Virus record (IMG/VR): IMGVR_UViG_3300021964_000012
Span: 264,293 to 328,292 of that record
Length of the DNA: 64,000 bases
Direction: 5' to 3' (one strand)
A model generated the notes under the pieces. It made no database searches and was not told where the DNA came from. It saw only the letters and a list, made by a program, of their open reading frames with translations. This document shows positions 55,421 through 64,000 of the stretch, piece by piece. The position numbers and the translations under genes are program-made. Each line of letters begins with the position of its first letter. The stretch's first letter is position 1.

Positions 55421-56311
55421 CTATTTTTTAGCAACGTCTGGTTGTAGTTCTTTTGCTTCTGGTGAGTTGTTAAACTGTCTTGTCCAACTTGGATTCAATC
55501 CATTTTGTTCAAGTATATCATCACGTATGTTTTGATTTTTCTTTTCGATGTTTAACACTCTTGTAAAACTGTTTGTTATAGCGGCAGTATAGTAAGCAAA
55601 TGGATTTTGACTTTTATCTTCATTAAACTGTAACCCAATTTGACTCAATTGTAATAGTGCAGTACCACGCATTTCTTCATTGTAGGTATATCCACGCCAG
55701 TTTGATCTAGTTGCATATCTTTCGCATAACTTAATCAACATATGTGCTAGTTTATCCGTCATCTTACCGTGATCTTTTGAAAAATGTCCGTTTTCCATTC
55801 CGCCAATCCAATGTGATTTGCCTACAACATATGGCACACGATTTTCATCAATCATGTAGTGCCAAAATGGAGGAAAGTTAAGTTTCACATAATTAAGATC
55901 TTGTTTTGTATCTGAGATCAGTTCTTGAAGACCATCATCTTCATAGTCTACATTATCCATTTCTAATATTTCTTCTAGTTTGCTTTTTTTCTTTATTTGT
56001 GCTTTGGTAAGTTTTTTTGGTACCATTGGAATATGATCCCAACAGGTTACACGAAATACCAGTTCTTGATTGCTGAGTTTGCGTGGATCAACTATTTCAC
56101 CAGTTTCTCTTTTGATTCTGTCTGCTTTGTTTCGTCTTGCTTCTGCAACACTACGTTGGTTGATCTTGTCCACACTTGGCAAAATAATATCGTACTGTGC
56201 ATATTTTTTTTCGAGAAATGAGCAGTAAGTGCTTTTGCTTTTGTGAATTTCTTTTAGTATGTCTCGATTGTTAAGATAGTTGACTTTTCTAGGTGCTTTA
56301 AAAGCTGCCAT
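55421..56311 (-). CDS. gp55: Late-transcription sigma factor
   Basis: NYLNN, NWRGYTY.EEM, KSQNPFAYYT...NSF....EKK; start at ATG 56311 after AAGGAG. Confidence 0.9.
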   Translation of the reverse strand: MAAFKAPRKVNYLNNRDILKEIHKSKSTYCSFLEKKYAQYDIILPSVDKINQRSVAEARRNKADRIKRETGEIVDPRKLSNQELVFRVTCWDHIPMVPKKLTKAQIKKKSKLEEILEMDNVDYEDDGLQELISDTKQDLNYVKLNFPPFWHYMIDENRVPYVVGKSHWIGGMENGHFSKDHGKMTDKLAHMLIKLCERYATRSNWRGYTYNEEMRGTALLQLSQIGLQFNEDKSQNPFAYYTAAITNSFTRVLNIEKKNQNIRDDILEQNGLNPSWTRQFNNSPEAKELQPDVAKK

Positions 56312-56338
56312 TCTATAATTCTCCTTATAATAGTACTT

Positions 56339-56366
56339 ATTATACACGTTGCATAGGGTTTGTCAA
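56339..56366 (-). promoter_or_regulatory. Sigma70-type promoter TTGACA-16-TATAAT for the gp55-gp47 operon
   Basis: Perfect hexamers at 56361-56366 and 56339-56344. Confidence 0.8.
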
Positions 56367-56392
56367 TCATTATATTAGCCGTTTTTAATTAC

Positions 56393-56400
56393 CATAAATA
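56393..56400 (+). promoter_or_regulatory. Late promoter CATAAATA for the baseplate operon
   Basis: Followed by AGGAG RBS and ATG at 56418. Confidence 0.75.
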
Positions 56401-56417
56401 ATAACATAGGAGATAGA

Positions 56418-59006
56418 ATGGCATTTTCACAAGCAAAAGCGGATAGAATGAATCAGCTTGCTCAGCAGTATCCGCGAGCACCAATAGGCACTTTGGCAAC
56501 ACTTGCAAATATTCCAGCAAGTGAAATCGGTAATTACACTACTGACACTATTTCTACTCCTGGTCGAAATGCCAACTTTGGACGGGTAACCAGCACGCAG
56601 TCAACAGAAGTGCAGGCTAGCAATACTTCAAGAACTACTCCAGGATCTGGATCAGCATTTACTGATACTCCTACAACGCAACCTACAGTAACTTCACCGA
56701 CTAGTTCAACCACTGCAAGAGTAAATCCAGTTACTGGTAGACCATTTACAACACCTCCTACACCAGTAGTAACATCGCCACCTGCATCAGAAACTGTAAA
56801 CAACACAACTGGTTCAGGAACTAGTTTTCAAGGTGGAGGTACAATTGCAAGCCAAGCCTTTAGTGATAGAACACCACAACCAGATCCATTTCCAGCACCA
56901 CCGCCAGCTAGACCAGTACAAGTACAAGATTCAGATGTAGATTTTACTGATGCATATGGAGAAAATTATAGGCAAGCAACACCTATACCTACGCCAGTAG
57001 TACAGTCAAATAATACAGAAGTTGATTTTGCAGATCCTTATAGCGAGAATTTCCGGAATCCTCAGCCAATACCAGTAGATACTAGACGTCCTGGTACACC
57101 GCCTAGTCCGTATCTTGACGATTTTCCAGATGATAATGTAAATGTTGAACAACCTACTCCTAGACCGGATATAAATGCTCCTGCACCACCTCCAGCTAGA
57201 CCAGCACAAGAAATATCTCAAGTAGACGATTTTGGTGGTACTGGCATTACACAAGTAGATGACTTTGGTGGAGCACCACAAAATGTTACGCCGGTAGATG
57301 ACTTTGCTGAATATAGTCCACCTGCACAAGTTGATGATTTTGCAGAATTTCAAGCACCTGCACAAGTAGATGATTTTGCTGAGTACCAACCTCCGGCACA
57401 GGTTGACGACTTTGGAGAGATAAACACACCGGCACAAGTAGATGATTTTGCTGGGTATTCAAACAATGACTTTGGTGCAGAGGACCCAGGTTTAGATGCA
57501 TTTGGCCCTGGTCCAGAACCGGCACAAGTAGATGATTTTGCTGGCTATAGCAACAATGACTTTGGTGCACAAGTAGATGACTTTGGTGAAATTAACAACC
57601 CTGTGCCAGTAGATGATTTTGCTGGCTATAGCAACAATGACTTTGGTGCACAAGTAGATGACTTTGGTGAAATTAACAACCCTGTGCCAGTTGATGACTT
57701 TGCTGACTATTCAGACAATGACTTTGGTGCCGAAGTTGATGATTTTGCAGAATATGAATCACCATCAGATGTTAATCAATTTGGTGTGGATGATTTTGGC
57801 GATCCTGAAGCAGCACAATTTGACGAATTTGGGACTCCATTACAAGCACCAGAAGAAGTTAACCAATTTGGAGTTGATGACTTTGGTGATCCTGAAGCCG
57901 CACAATTTGACGAATTTGGTGATCCTATTCGAGCACCCGAAGATGTTGAAGACTTTGATGAATATGGTGACTTTGAAGATGAAGAAGGTGAGGAGTTTGA
58001 CGCATTTGGCAATCGTGTACAGAATGATGGCGAAAGTTTAGTTGACGATGATCCAGTTGCTGATATAGGTGATGGTGCAGAAGGTGATGGTATAGACGGA
58101 GTTGAACAGGCTGCTCTTAGTGAACAACAACAGGCTGCTATCAACGCACAAGCACTAAAACAAAAAGCTCAGCAACAACAAACTATTAGCGAAATGCGTG
58201 AAGCATCTGGTGTAAAAAACGCAGATGGCGATTGGCGAGTCAAGCTCCGATTGGCTCCACAAGCAACATATCTCTATCAAGCTCAAGAACCTGGTATACT
58301 TGCGCCGCTTACTGAAACAGATGGAATAATATTTCCTTACACACCAAGTATAGATATACAGTATAGAGCAAACTATCAAGAATACTCACCAACACATTCA
58401 AACTATCAGCACTATTTTTATCAAGGCTCAAATGTCGCCGCAATACAACTTAGTGCAACATTTACAGCCCAGGATACTGTGGAAGCAGAATATCTATTGG
58501 CAGTGATACATTTCTTAAAAAGTTGTAGCAAAATGTTCTACGGAAATGATGCTCAACGAGGTTCACCGCCGCCACTGCTTTATCTAAGTGGACTAGGAGA
58601 ATATCAGTTCAATGAATCGCCTTGCGTGATAAGTGAATTTAATTACAACCTACCTAACGATGTTAACTACATACGTGCAAGAAGCAAACAGATACAACGT
58701 GATGGACAGTTGCAATATAAAAAGCCATTGGCAACCAGCGTAACTAACGGAAATTTTTCAAGTTTAACCAGACTGAAAACTGCGATCACAAATGCATACA
58801 ATGGACAAAGTCAACCTCTTGAAGCTGCCGCAGAACCTTACAAACCAGCACCTGGAAACCTTGGATCAAAAGGCGCAACCTATGTTCCAACAAAAATGGA
58901 TGTTACCTTGGTACTCAACCCAATTGTAAGCAGAAAGCAAGTGAGTCAGCAGTTTAGTCTCAAAGAATATGCAAATGGCAATCTAATCAAGAAAGGAATG
59001 TGGTAA
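56418..59006 (+). CDS. Baseplate tube-initiator/cap-like protein with a long disordered repeat N-terminus
   Basis: C-terminal DWRVKL...FPYTP...THSNY...PPP domain; N-terminal Pro/Thr-rich and VDDF repeats; upstream of gp53. Confidence 0.65.
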   Translation: MAFSQAKADRMNQLAQQYPRAPIGTLATLANIPASEIGNYTTDTISTPGRNANFGRVTSTQSTEVQASNTSRTTPGSGSAFTDTPTTQPTVTSPTSSTTARVNPVTGRPFTTPPTPVVTSPPASETVNNTTGSGTSFQGGGTIASQAFSDRTPQPDPFPAPPPARPVQVQDSDVDFTDAYGENYRQATPIPTPVVQSNNTEVDFADPYSENFRNPQPIPVDTRRPGTPPSPYLDDFPDDNVNVEQPTPRPDINAPAPPPARPAQEISQVDDFGGTGITQVDDFGGAPQNVTPVDDFAEYSPPAQVDDFAEFQAPAQVDDFAEYQPPAQVDDFGEINTPAQVDDFAGYSNNDFGAEDPGLDAFGPGPEPAQVDDFAGYSNNDFGAQVDDFGEINNPVPVDDFAGYSNNDFGAQVDDFGEINNPVPVDDFADYSDNDFGAEVDDFAEYESPSDVNQFGVDDFGDPEAAQFDEFGTPLQAPEEVNQFGVDDFGDPEAAQFDEFGDPIRAPEDVEDFDEYGDFEDEEGEEFDAFGNRVQNDGESLVDDDPVADIGDGAEGDGIDGVEQAALSEQQQAAINAQALKQKAQQQQTISEMREASGVKNADGDWRVKLRLAPQATYLYQAQEPGILAPLTETDGIIFPYTPSIDIQYRANYQEYSPTHSNYQHYFYQGSNVAAIQLSATFTAQDTVEAEYLLAVIHFLKSCSKMFYGNDAQRGSPPPLLYLSGLGEYQFNESPCVISEFNYNLPNDVNYIRARSKQIQRDGQLQYKKPLATSVTNGNFSSLTRLKTAITNAYNGQSQPLEAAAEPYKPAPGNLGSKGATYVPTKMDVTLVLNPIVSRKQVSQQFSLKEYANGNLIKKGMW
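57527..57730 (+). repeat. In-frame 81-bp tandem repeat (2 perfect copies plus a degenerate partial third)
   Basis: Units start at 57527, 57608 and 57689; a further ~87-bp-period duplication starts at 57771 and 57858. Confidence 0.9.
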
Positions 59007-59311
59007 TGGCGACATCATACGAAAGTACCAGTCCGTATTTTGACACCCCAGTAATTAACAATCAATATCTTGGATTGATGATCGAAAGACCGATACCAAA
59101 GTTAGTCGATGATCTATCAATGACTATCAACGAAACCTACAACCTACGACCTGATTTATTAGCGTTTGACTTGTATGGTGATAGTAATCTCTGGTGGGTA
59201 TTTGCAATGCGTAATCCAAATCAATTACCAGATCCTCTGTTTGATTTTGTTACTGGCGTAACCATTTATCTTCCTCAAAAGAGCACTCTAGAAACTGTTT
59301 TAGGTATCTAA
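59006..59311 (+). CDS. gp53: Baseplate wedge subunit (LysM-like)
   Basis: RPDLLAFDLYGDSNLWWVF..RN. Confidence 0.85.
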   Translation: MATSYESTSPYFDTPVINNQYLGLMIERPIPKLVDDLSMTINETYNLRPDLLAFDLYGDSNLWWVFAMRNPNQLPDPLFDFVTGVTIYLPQKSTLETVLGI

Positions 59312-59312
59312 C

Positions 59313-62300
59313 ATGACGACTTCTGCACAACTAGGTGTTGCAAGACAAGCAGTACAACTGCAAATAAATCAGACAAAACCTGAGGTAGATGAACTTGAAG
59401 TATCAGCAGCTTCGGGACGTAGTTGGAGTGACATAGAAAATAGCTGGACCAAGACCAGTCAAAAACTGTTCAACCAGGCTAGCACACTTGACAACTTAAA
59501 AAAACAAAACGCTGGATTAAACAATGATCCTGGACAGTCAAGACTCAACACATTAATCACAAAAAATCAAGTTGAAGTTACCACAATGCAAACCACAATG
59601 AATGGTGTGCGAACTCAGGCTTTTAAAAATACACAAATTACCTCTGTTACACAAAACATTACTAAAAACAGCAGTGGTGAAATAATCAAGACAGAACAAA
59701 TTGGTTCTGTTGAAACTTCAAGATTTACTACGCCAGTTTTAGGAAATGATCTAGTTTTTACCGCAGATACTGATATAGACCAAATAATTCCTAATCTTGA
59801 AAGCAAAAATAAACCAACCAATGCACGTAGATCGATTCTTGATAATGATGAACTTGATCAACTTGGCGACCTAAAAGGCAGCGGAGCCACATCAACAGTT
59901 GGCGGCGGAGCAACAATTAAAAAAATTGGACAAACTCAGACATCAGCAGTTGCTTCTGCAACTGGAGGTTCTGTAACTCCGCTAAGTGGTAATGATCTTA
60001 ACACAGGAACAGGTCCTGGTGGTGGCGGTGCTGGCGGAAAAGTAGAAGTAGCTCCTGGAGATGATGCATTCAGTGTCAAGAGAAACAATGTTGGAAATGC
60101 TATCAATGCAGACGGAGTTGAAGGACGTACCAGCGTTGCAGAAGAATTTTTAAAACCAATAAAAGCATCACCAAACCCTCTACTAGGACTTGCTAGTCAA
60201 ACCTATAGTGTATCCATCTACATGATGAATAGATCAGAGTATGTACAATTTTTAGGAACAGATAAAAAAACATTGCCAACTAGACAACTGATATTGCAAA
60301 GCGGTGGTGCCAAAGCAGAAGAACGTAACAAATATTTTGATGTTGATTTCTATATTGAAAATATAGAGTTTGAAACAGTGCTAGGCAGTCAAGGGTCAGG
60401 AGCACCTCATAATGTTACAAAATTGAATTTTGATATTCTTGAACCACAAGGTATTACGTTCCTTGAAAGATTAAAAAAAGCAGTAACTGATCATGTGCAG
60501 GAGCCTGGAGTTAATATCAATGCACAAACATACTTGATGGTTATACGTTTCTATGGCTATGACGAATTTGGAAATTTGGTAACCAAAAATGAACTTCCAT
60601 CAGCAACTGGCAATGAAATATCTGAGCTAGAAAGCACCAGTGATCCAGAGGCATTGGTTGAAAAGTTTATTCCGTTTCAGTTTAACGATATCAATTATAA
60701 GATTAACAATAAAGCAGTGGTCTACAGTTGTAATTGTGCAACTCCACAGAATATTGTTGGCTATTCAACTGCACGAGGTAGCATACCTTTTAACTTTCAA
60801 CTTAGTGCATCAACCGTCAAGAAGTTGCTTAACGGCAACAGCGAACTAGTACCATTGGTTCCTATAGTTACCACTACAACCAGCAGTGGTCTTACTGGTG
60901 GACCTCCAAATCGAAACAGAGTAACTTCAACAACCACTGAAGAAGTAACTACAGTCGAACAACAACGTGCAGGTAAACTTGGGCTTCAAGACAGAACTGT
61001 AACATCAGGATTGTGTGATGCACTGAATCAGCATCAACGTGAACTGGCCAAAAAGAATGGTATGATACCCGACGAATATATAATCGAAATTGAAGATGTA
61101 CCTGGATTGATTGATGCTAAAATGAACAAGCAAGGTAGAACAAATCTTACAAAAACTACAATGCAAAAATCAAGCGATGCAAATCAACAAAAAAACATGG
61201 AAAAAGTATCTCTTGACAAGCAAACCAAAGAGTATAGTATTAGTGCTGGGACACAGATTATACAATTAATTGATCAAGTGTTAAAAAATTCTACATATGT
61301 AACTGCTCAACAAACCATTGCATTTGACGAAATAACCAACAAAGAAATACGTAATCCACCTGTGAGAACTGTACAATGGTACAGAATTACCCAGTTAGCT
61401 GCTCCAAAAGAATATTGCAAGATACGCAACGATTATGCTTATCAAATAACCTATAGAATCTCAAGATATCAAATTAACACACCACGATCACCTTATTTTC
61501 CACCCGCAATGTATCGAGGTGCTCACAAGATATACAATTATTGGTTTACTGGGTTGAACACAGAAGTTTTAGATTTTGACATAGAAGTTAAATCAAACTT
61601 TGTTACTATAATGGGCAAAGATGGACTAATCACAGATGAAGATGTAGCAGTTGGAAACGATGCACGATTTGCTGAAAAAAGATTTTTTCAAAGTGCACCA
61701 GATTCTAGTACACAAGGTGCTTCAGGCGATGCTGGCCGACCGGCTGCTCAATTGGCATCAAGGTTGTATTCACCAGCTGATGTTTCCAAAGCTGATCTTA
61801 CTATAGTAGGTGATCCAGATTTTATCATGCAAAGTGAATTGTTTTATAGTGCCGGTAACCTAGAGGCATTTGAACCTGATGGAAGTGTAAATGGCAACGC
61901 TGGCGAAGTACTTTTTGAAATACGTTTCAATCGACCAGTGGACTACAACATGGCCACTGGAGAGACACCTGTAAACTCTGAAAACTCTGACAGTAAAATC
62001 ACAGGAGAAAAAAACCTAGCCGCTGAAAGTTTAGTGTATGCTGCCACTAATGTTACAAATAAACTGGCTGATGGTAAGTTTACACAATCAATTCAAGGTG
62101 TAGCAAGAATGTTTGACAATGCAGTAAACAGTCCAAAACAAAAACAGATTGAGAAAAATGTTGTAGAAGAACCAGGATTGGATGCATTCGGCGGAGCAGG
62201 AGATTCAGTAAGACCTAGCAAAAATGTTATCCCTCCTGGAGCACGTAGTGGTAGACAAGTTCAACCAACTGCTGGTCAAGACCCAAGGGCTGGAAATTTT

Positions 62301-62675
62301 AAAACTGCTACTGTCAATGGTAGTAAGACAAATACGCAACCCTACTCGAGTGCAACAGTAAATAATGATGTCACTAATAAGATTGCTAAGTTGCCTGATT
62401 CAACTGTAAATTATTCAGATGATGCAGACGTTACACCAGGAGAATCAGATTGGCAACCACGTTCTGGTACAGTTGTTCAGCCTCCTGTTCAACCCAAACC
62501 AGGAAGTAACACTGTAAGTGACGATGCTGGAACTAAAACTAGTCCGTTACAAGAAAGTTTATTTGCTAAGAAACGCAGACAAGCAAGACAGAGAGCAGAA
62601 AATGCCAAAGCAAGAGGTGCAAAAGTTGTAGGCAGCTCAGGAGGCGGTGTAAACAAGAGTTCACTTTTTAAGTAA
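59313..62675 (+). CDS. Baseplate hub protein (gp27-like) with disordered extensions
   Basis: Lies between gp53 and gp5; LTIVGDPDF and NKLADGKFTQ motifs of hub proteins. Confidence 0.6.
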   Translation: MTTSAQLGVARQAVQLQINQTKPEVDELEVSAASGRSWSDIENSWTKTSQKLFNQASTLDNLKKQNAGLNNDPGQSRLNTLITKNQVEVTTMQTTMNGVRTQAFKNTQITSVTQNITKNSSGEIIKTEQIGSVETSRFTTPVLGNDLVFTADTDIDQIIPNLESKNKPTNARRSILDNDELDQLGDLKGSGATSTVGGGATIKKIGQTQTSAVASATGGSVTPLSGNDLNTGTGPGGGGAGGKVEVAPGDDAFSVKRNNVGNAINADGVEGRTSVAEEFLKPIKASPNPLLGLASQTYSVSIYMMNRSEYVQFLGTDKKTLPTRQLILQSGGAKAEERNKYFDVDFYIENIEFETVLGSQGSGAPHNVTKLNFDILEPQGITFLERLKKAVTDHVQEPGVNINAQTYLMVIRFYGYDEFGNLVTKNELPSATGNEISELESTSDPEALVEKFIPFQFNDINYKINNKAVVYSCNCATPQNIVGYSTARGSIPFNFQLSASTVKKLLNGNSELVPLVPIVTTTTSSGLTGGPPNRNRVTSTTTEEVTTVEQQRAGKLGLQDRTVTSGLCDALNQHQRELAKKNGMIPDEYIIEIEDVPGLIDAKMNKQGRTNLTKTTMQKSSDANQQKNMEKVSLDKQTKEYSISAGTQIIQLIDQVLKNSTYVTAQQTIAFDEITNKEIRNPPVRTVQWYRITQLAAPKEYCKIRNDYAYQITYRISRYQINTPRSPYFPPAMYRGAHKIYNYWFTGLNTEVLDFDIEVKSNFVTIMGKDGLITDEDVAVGNDARFAEKRFFQSAPDSSTQGASGDAGRPAAQLASRLYSPADVSKADLTIVGDPDFIMQSELFYSAGNLEAFEPDGSVNGNAGEVLFEIRFNRPVDYNMATGETPVNSENSDSKITGEKNLAAESLVYAATNVTNKLADGKFTQSIQGVARMFDNAVNSPKQKQIEKNVVEEPGLDAFGGAGDSVRPSKNVIPPGARSGRQVQPTAGQDPRAGNFKTATVNGSKTNTQPYSSATVNNDVTNKIAKLPDSTVNYSDDADVTPGESDWQPRSGTVVQPPVQPKPGSNTVSDDAGTKTSPLQESLFAKKRRQARQRAENAKARGAKVVGSSGGGVNKSSLFK

Positions 62676-62685
62676 AAGGAAATAG

Positions 62686-64000
62686 ATGGCAGAGAATTAT
62701 CAAAGAAGCAGAGGCGTCCCTGGAGCATACAAGATATCCAAAGGCGGTACTCCGGCTGAATCAGGACCATTTCTTGGTGAAGTGGTAAACAACATTGATC
62801 CTACTAGAGCAGGAAGATTACAGGTTTACATCGAATATATTTCTGGAGACGATAAAAATAATAAAGATCTATGGCGTACTGTAAGTTATATTTCACCATA
62901 CTATGGTTATACTCAACAGAGTGCTCAACAACCAACTGGTCCAGGTAGTTTTACCGGTAATAATCATGCATATGGTTTTTTTGGAACACCACCAGATCTT
63001 GGAACAAAAGTACTTTGCTTCTTTGCTGACGGTGATCCAAACAAAGGCTACTATGTAGGTATGCCAATATCTCCTGGACTTAATCACATGGTTCCGGCCA
63101 TAGGGTCAAGCAAGAAATATGTCGATGATAGCAATTCACCATTGTTTGCTAATAAAGCAAAACTACCAGTGGTGGAGATTAACAATTCCAATGAGGCAAT
63201 AGCAGAAAATCCAAGATTTTTTAATGAGACCAAACCAGTACACAGTGTTTTAGCTGGGCAAATGCTCTCTCAAGGAGTTATAGCAGATCCCTTGATCGGG
63301 CCTATTGGTTCAAATAGTCAACGTGAATCACCAAGCACAGTATTTGGAATAAGCACTGCTGGCAGACCAGTGTATCAAGGTGGACTAACGGATGCTCAAA
63401 TAGCGGCCAAGGTGGCAAGCAGTACACTTCAAGCAAATGAAACCACCATAATTGCACGTAAAGGTGGACACAGTTTGGTAATGGATGACGGAGATCTTGC
63501 CGGCGAAGATAACCTAACAAGAATACGCACCAGTGCAGGTCATCAAATAATGATGAACGATACTGCTGACAATCAAACAATTCACATTATGCATGCAAAC
63601 GGACAAACCTGGATAGAACTAGGAAAAGAAGGCACCATTGATCTATATGCATCAAACAGTCTAAATATTAGAAGTGCTGGCGAACTAAACATGCATGCTG
63701 ATAGAAATATAAACATAGCCAGTGAACTTGGAAGTGTTAACATTTTTGCAAAAAGAGCAATGAGTCTTGAAACAGGCAGTCTAAGCCTTACTGGCACAAA
63801 TAGTATTTTGGCTTATAGTAAAAGCTCAGTGGGAATCAAAAGTGATGGCAGTTTAAATCTAAACAGTCGAACAGGTGGATGGGGTGCAGGCACTGGACTC
63901 ACACTTGAAGCAGGATGTATAAAACTGAATAGTGGATCAGCTCCACCAGTGAGTAAAACTGTTGAGATACCTAAGTTAAGATTAGCAGATACAAAATTTT
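62686..64000 (+). CDS. gp5: Baseplate central spike (gp5/VgrG-like), truncated by the window edge
   Basis: Manual translation from ATG 62686 (AAGGA RBS): GEVVNNIDPTRAGRLQVYI...PPDLGTKVLCFFADGD...RKGGHSLVMDDGD...RTSAGHQI; OB-fold plus beta-helix. Confidence 0.85.
   Translation, partial: MAENYQRSRGVPGAYKISKGGTPAESGPFLGEVVNNIDPTRAGRLQVYIEYISGDDKNNKDLWRTVSYISPYYGYTQQSAQQPTGPGSFTGNNHAYGFFGTPPDLGTKVLCFFADGDPNKGYYVGMPISPGLNHMVPAIGSSKKYVDDSNSPLFANKAKLPVVEINNSNEAIAENPRFFNETKPVHSVLAGQMLSQGVIADPLIGPIGSNSQRESPSTVFGISTAGRPVYQGGLTDAQIAAKVASSTLQANETTIIARKGGHSLVMDDGDLAGEDNLTRIRTSAGHQIMMNDTADNQTIHIMHANGQTWIELGKEGTIDLYASNSLNIRSAGELNMHADRNINIASELGSVNIFAKRAMSLETGSLSLTGTNSILAYSKSSVGIKSDGSLNLNSRTGGWGAGTGLTLEAGCIKLNSGSAPPVSKTVEIPKLRLADTKF

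Noticed and set aside
57210-57960. Possible CRISPR or other guide-RNA array
   Set aside because: Unit lengths are multiples of 3, vary at synonymous positions and lie within an open frame; no unique spacers
1-64000. Alternative genetic code or stop-codon recoding
   Set aside because: Core genes translate full length with the standard code, and TAA, TAG and TGA all serve as real stops
1-64000. tRNA or rRNA genes, integrase, IS elements
   Set aside because: No cloverleaf or T-arm consensus, rRNA sequence, or recombinase/transposase motifs seen in the few intergenic gaps or ORFs

Overview
This window is the virion-morphogenesis core of a large, AT-rich T4-like myophage genome; the host cannot be determined from the sequence. 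Recognisable T4 homologues are the head module (gp20 portal, gp21 protease, gp22 scaffold, gp23 capsid), neck and head completion (gp13, gp14, gp15, gp4), tail sheath and tube (gp18, gp19), a tape-measure-like gene, baseplate genes (gp26/gp51, gp53, gp27-like, a truncated gp5), several long Thr/Gly-rich fibre or decoration proteins, gp46/gp47 and the gp55 late sigma factor. Accessory enzymes include a dNMP kinase, DEDDh exonuclease, Nudix hydrolase, radical SAM enzyme, sulfotransferase and an SGNH-like protein. T4-type late promoter boxes ((A/C/T)TAAATA) precede most structural genes. The most notable unexplained features are: (1) a ~450-nt non-coding, multi-hairpin, doubly pseudoknotted element at ~49400-49855, downstream of a minimal GIY-YIG nuclease; (2) a likely -1 ribosomal frameshift joining gp26-like and gp51-like ORFs next to the tape-measure gene; (3) an operon with an aminoacyl-tRNA:protein transferase (ATE/Bpt)-like GNAT protein; (4) candidate capsid-targeted, protease-processed internal polyproteins; (5) hairpin/late-promoter translational switches. 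All protein calls come from motif recognition by eye; no database search or folding program was run. No tRNA, rRNA, CRISPR array, integrase or reverse transcriptase was seen.
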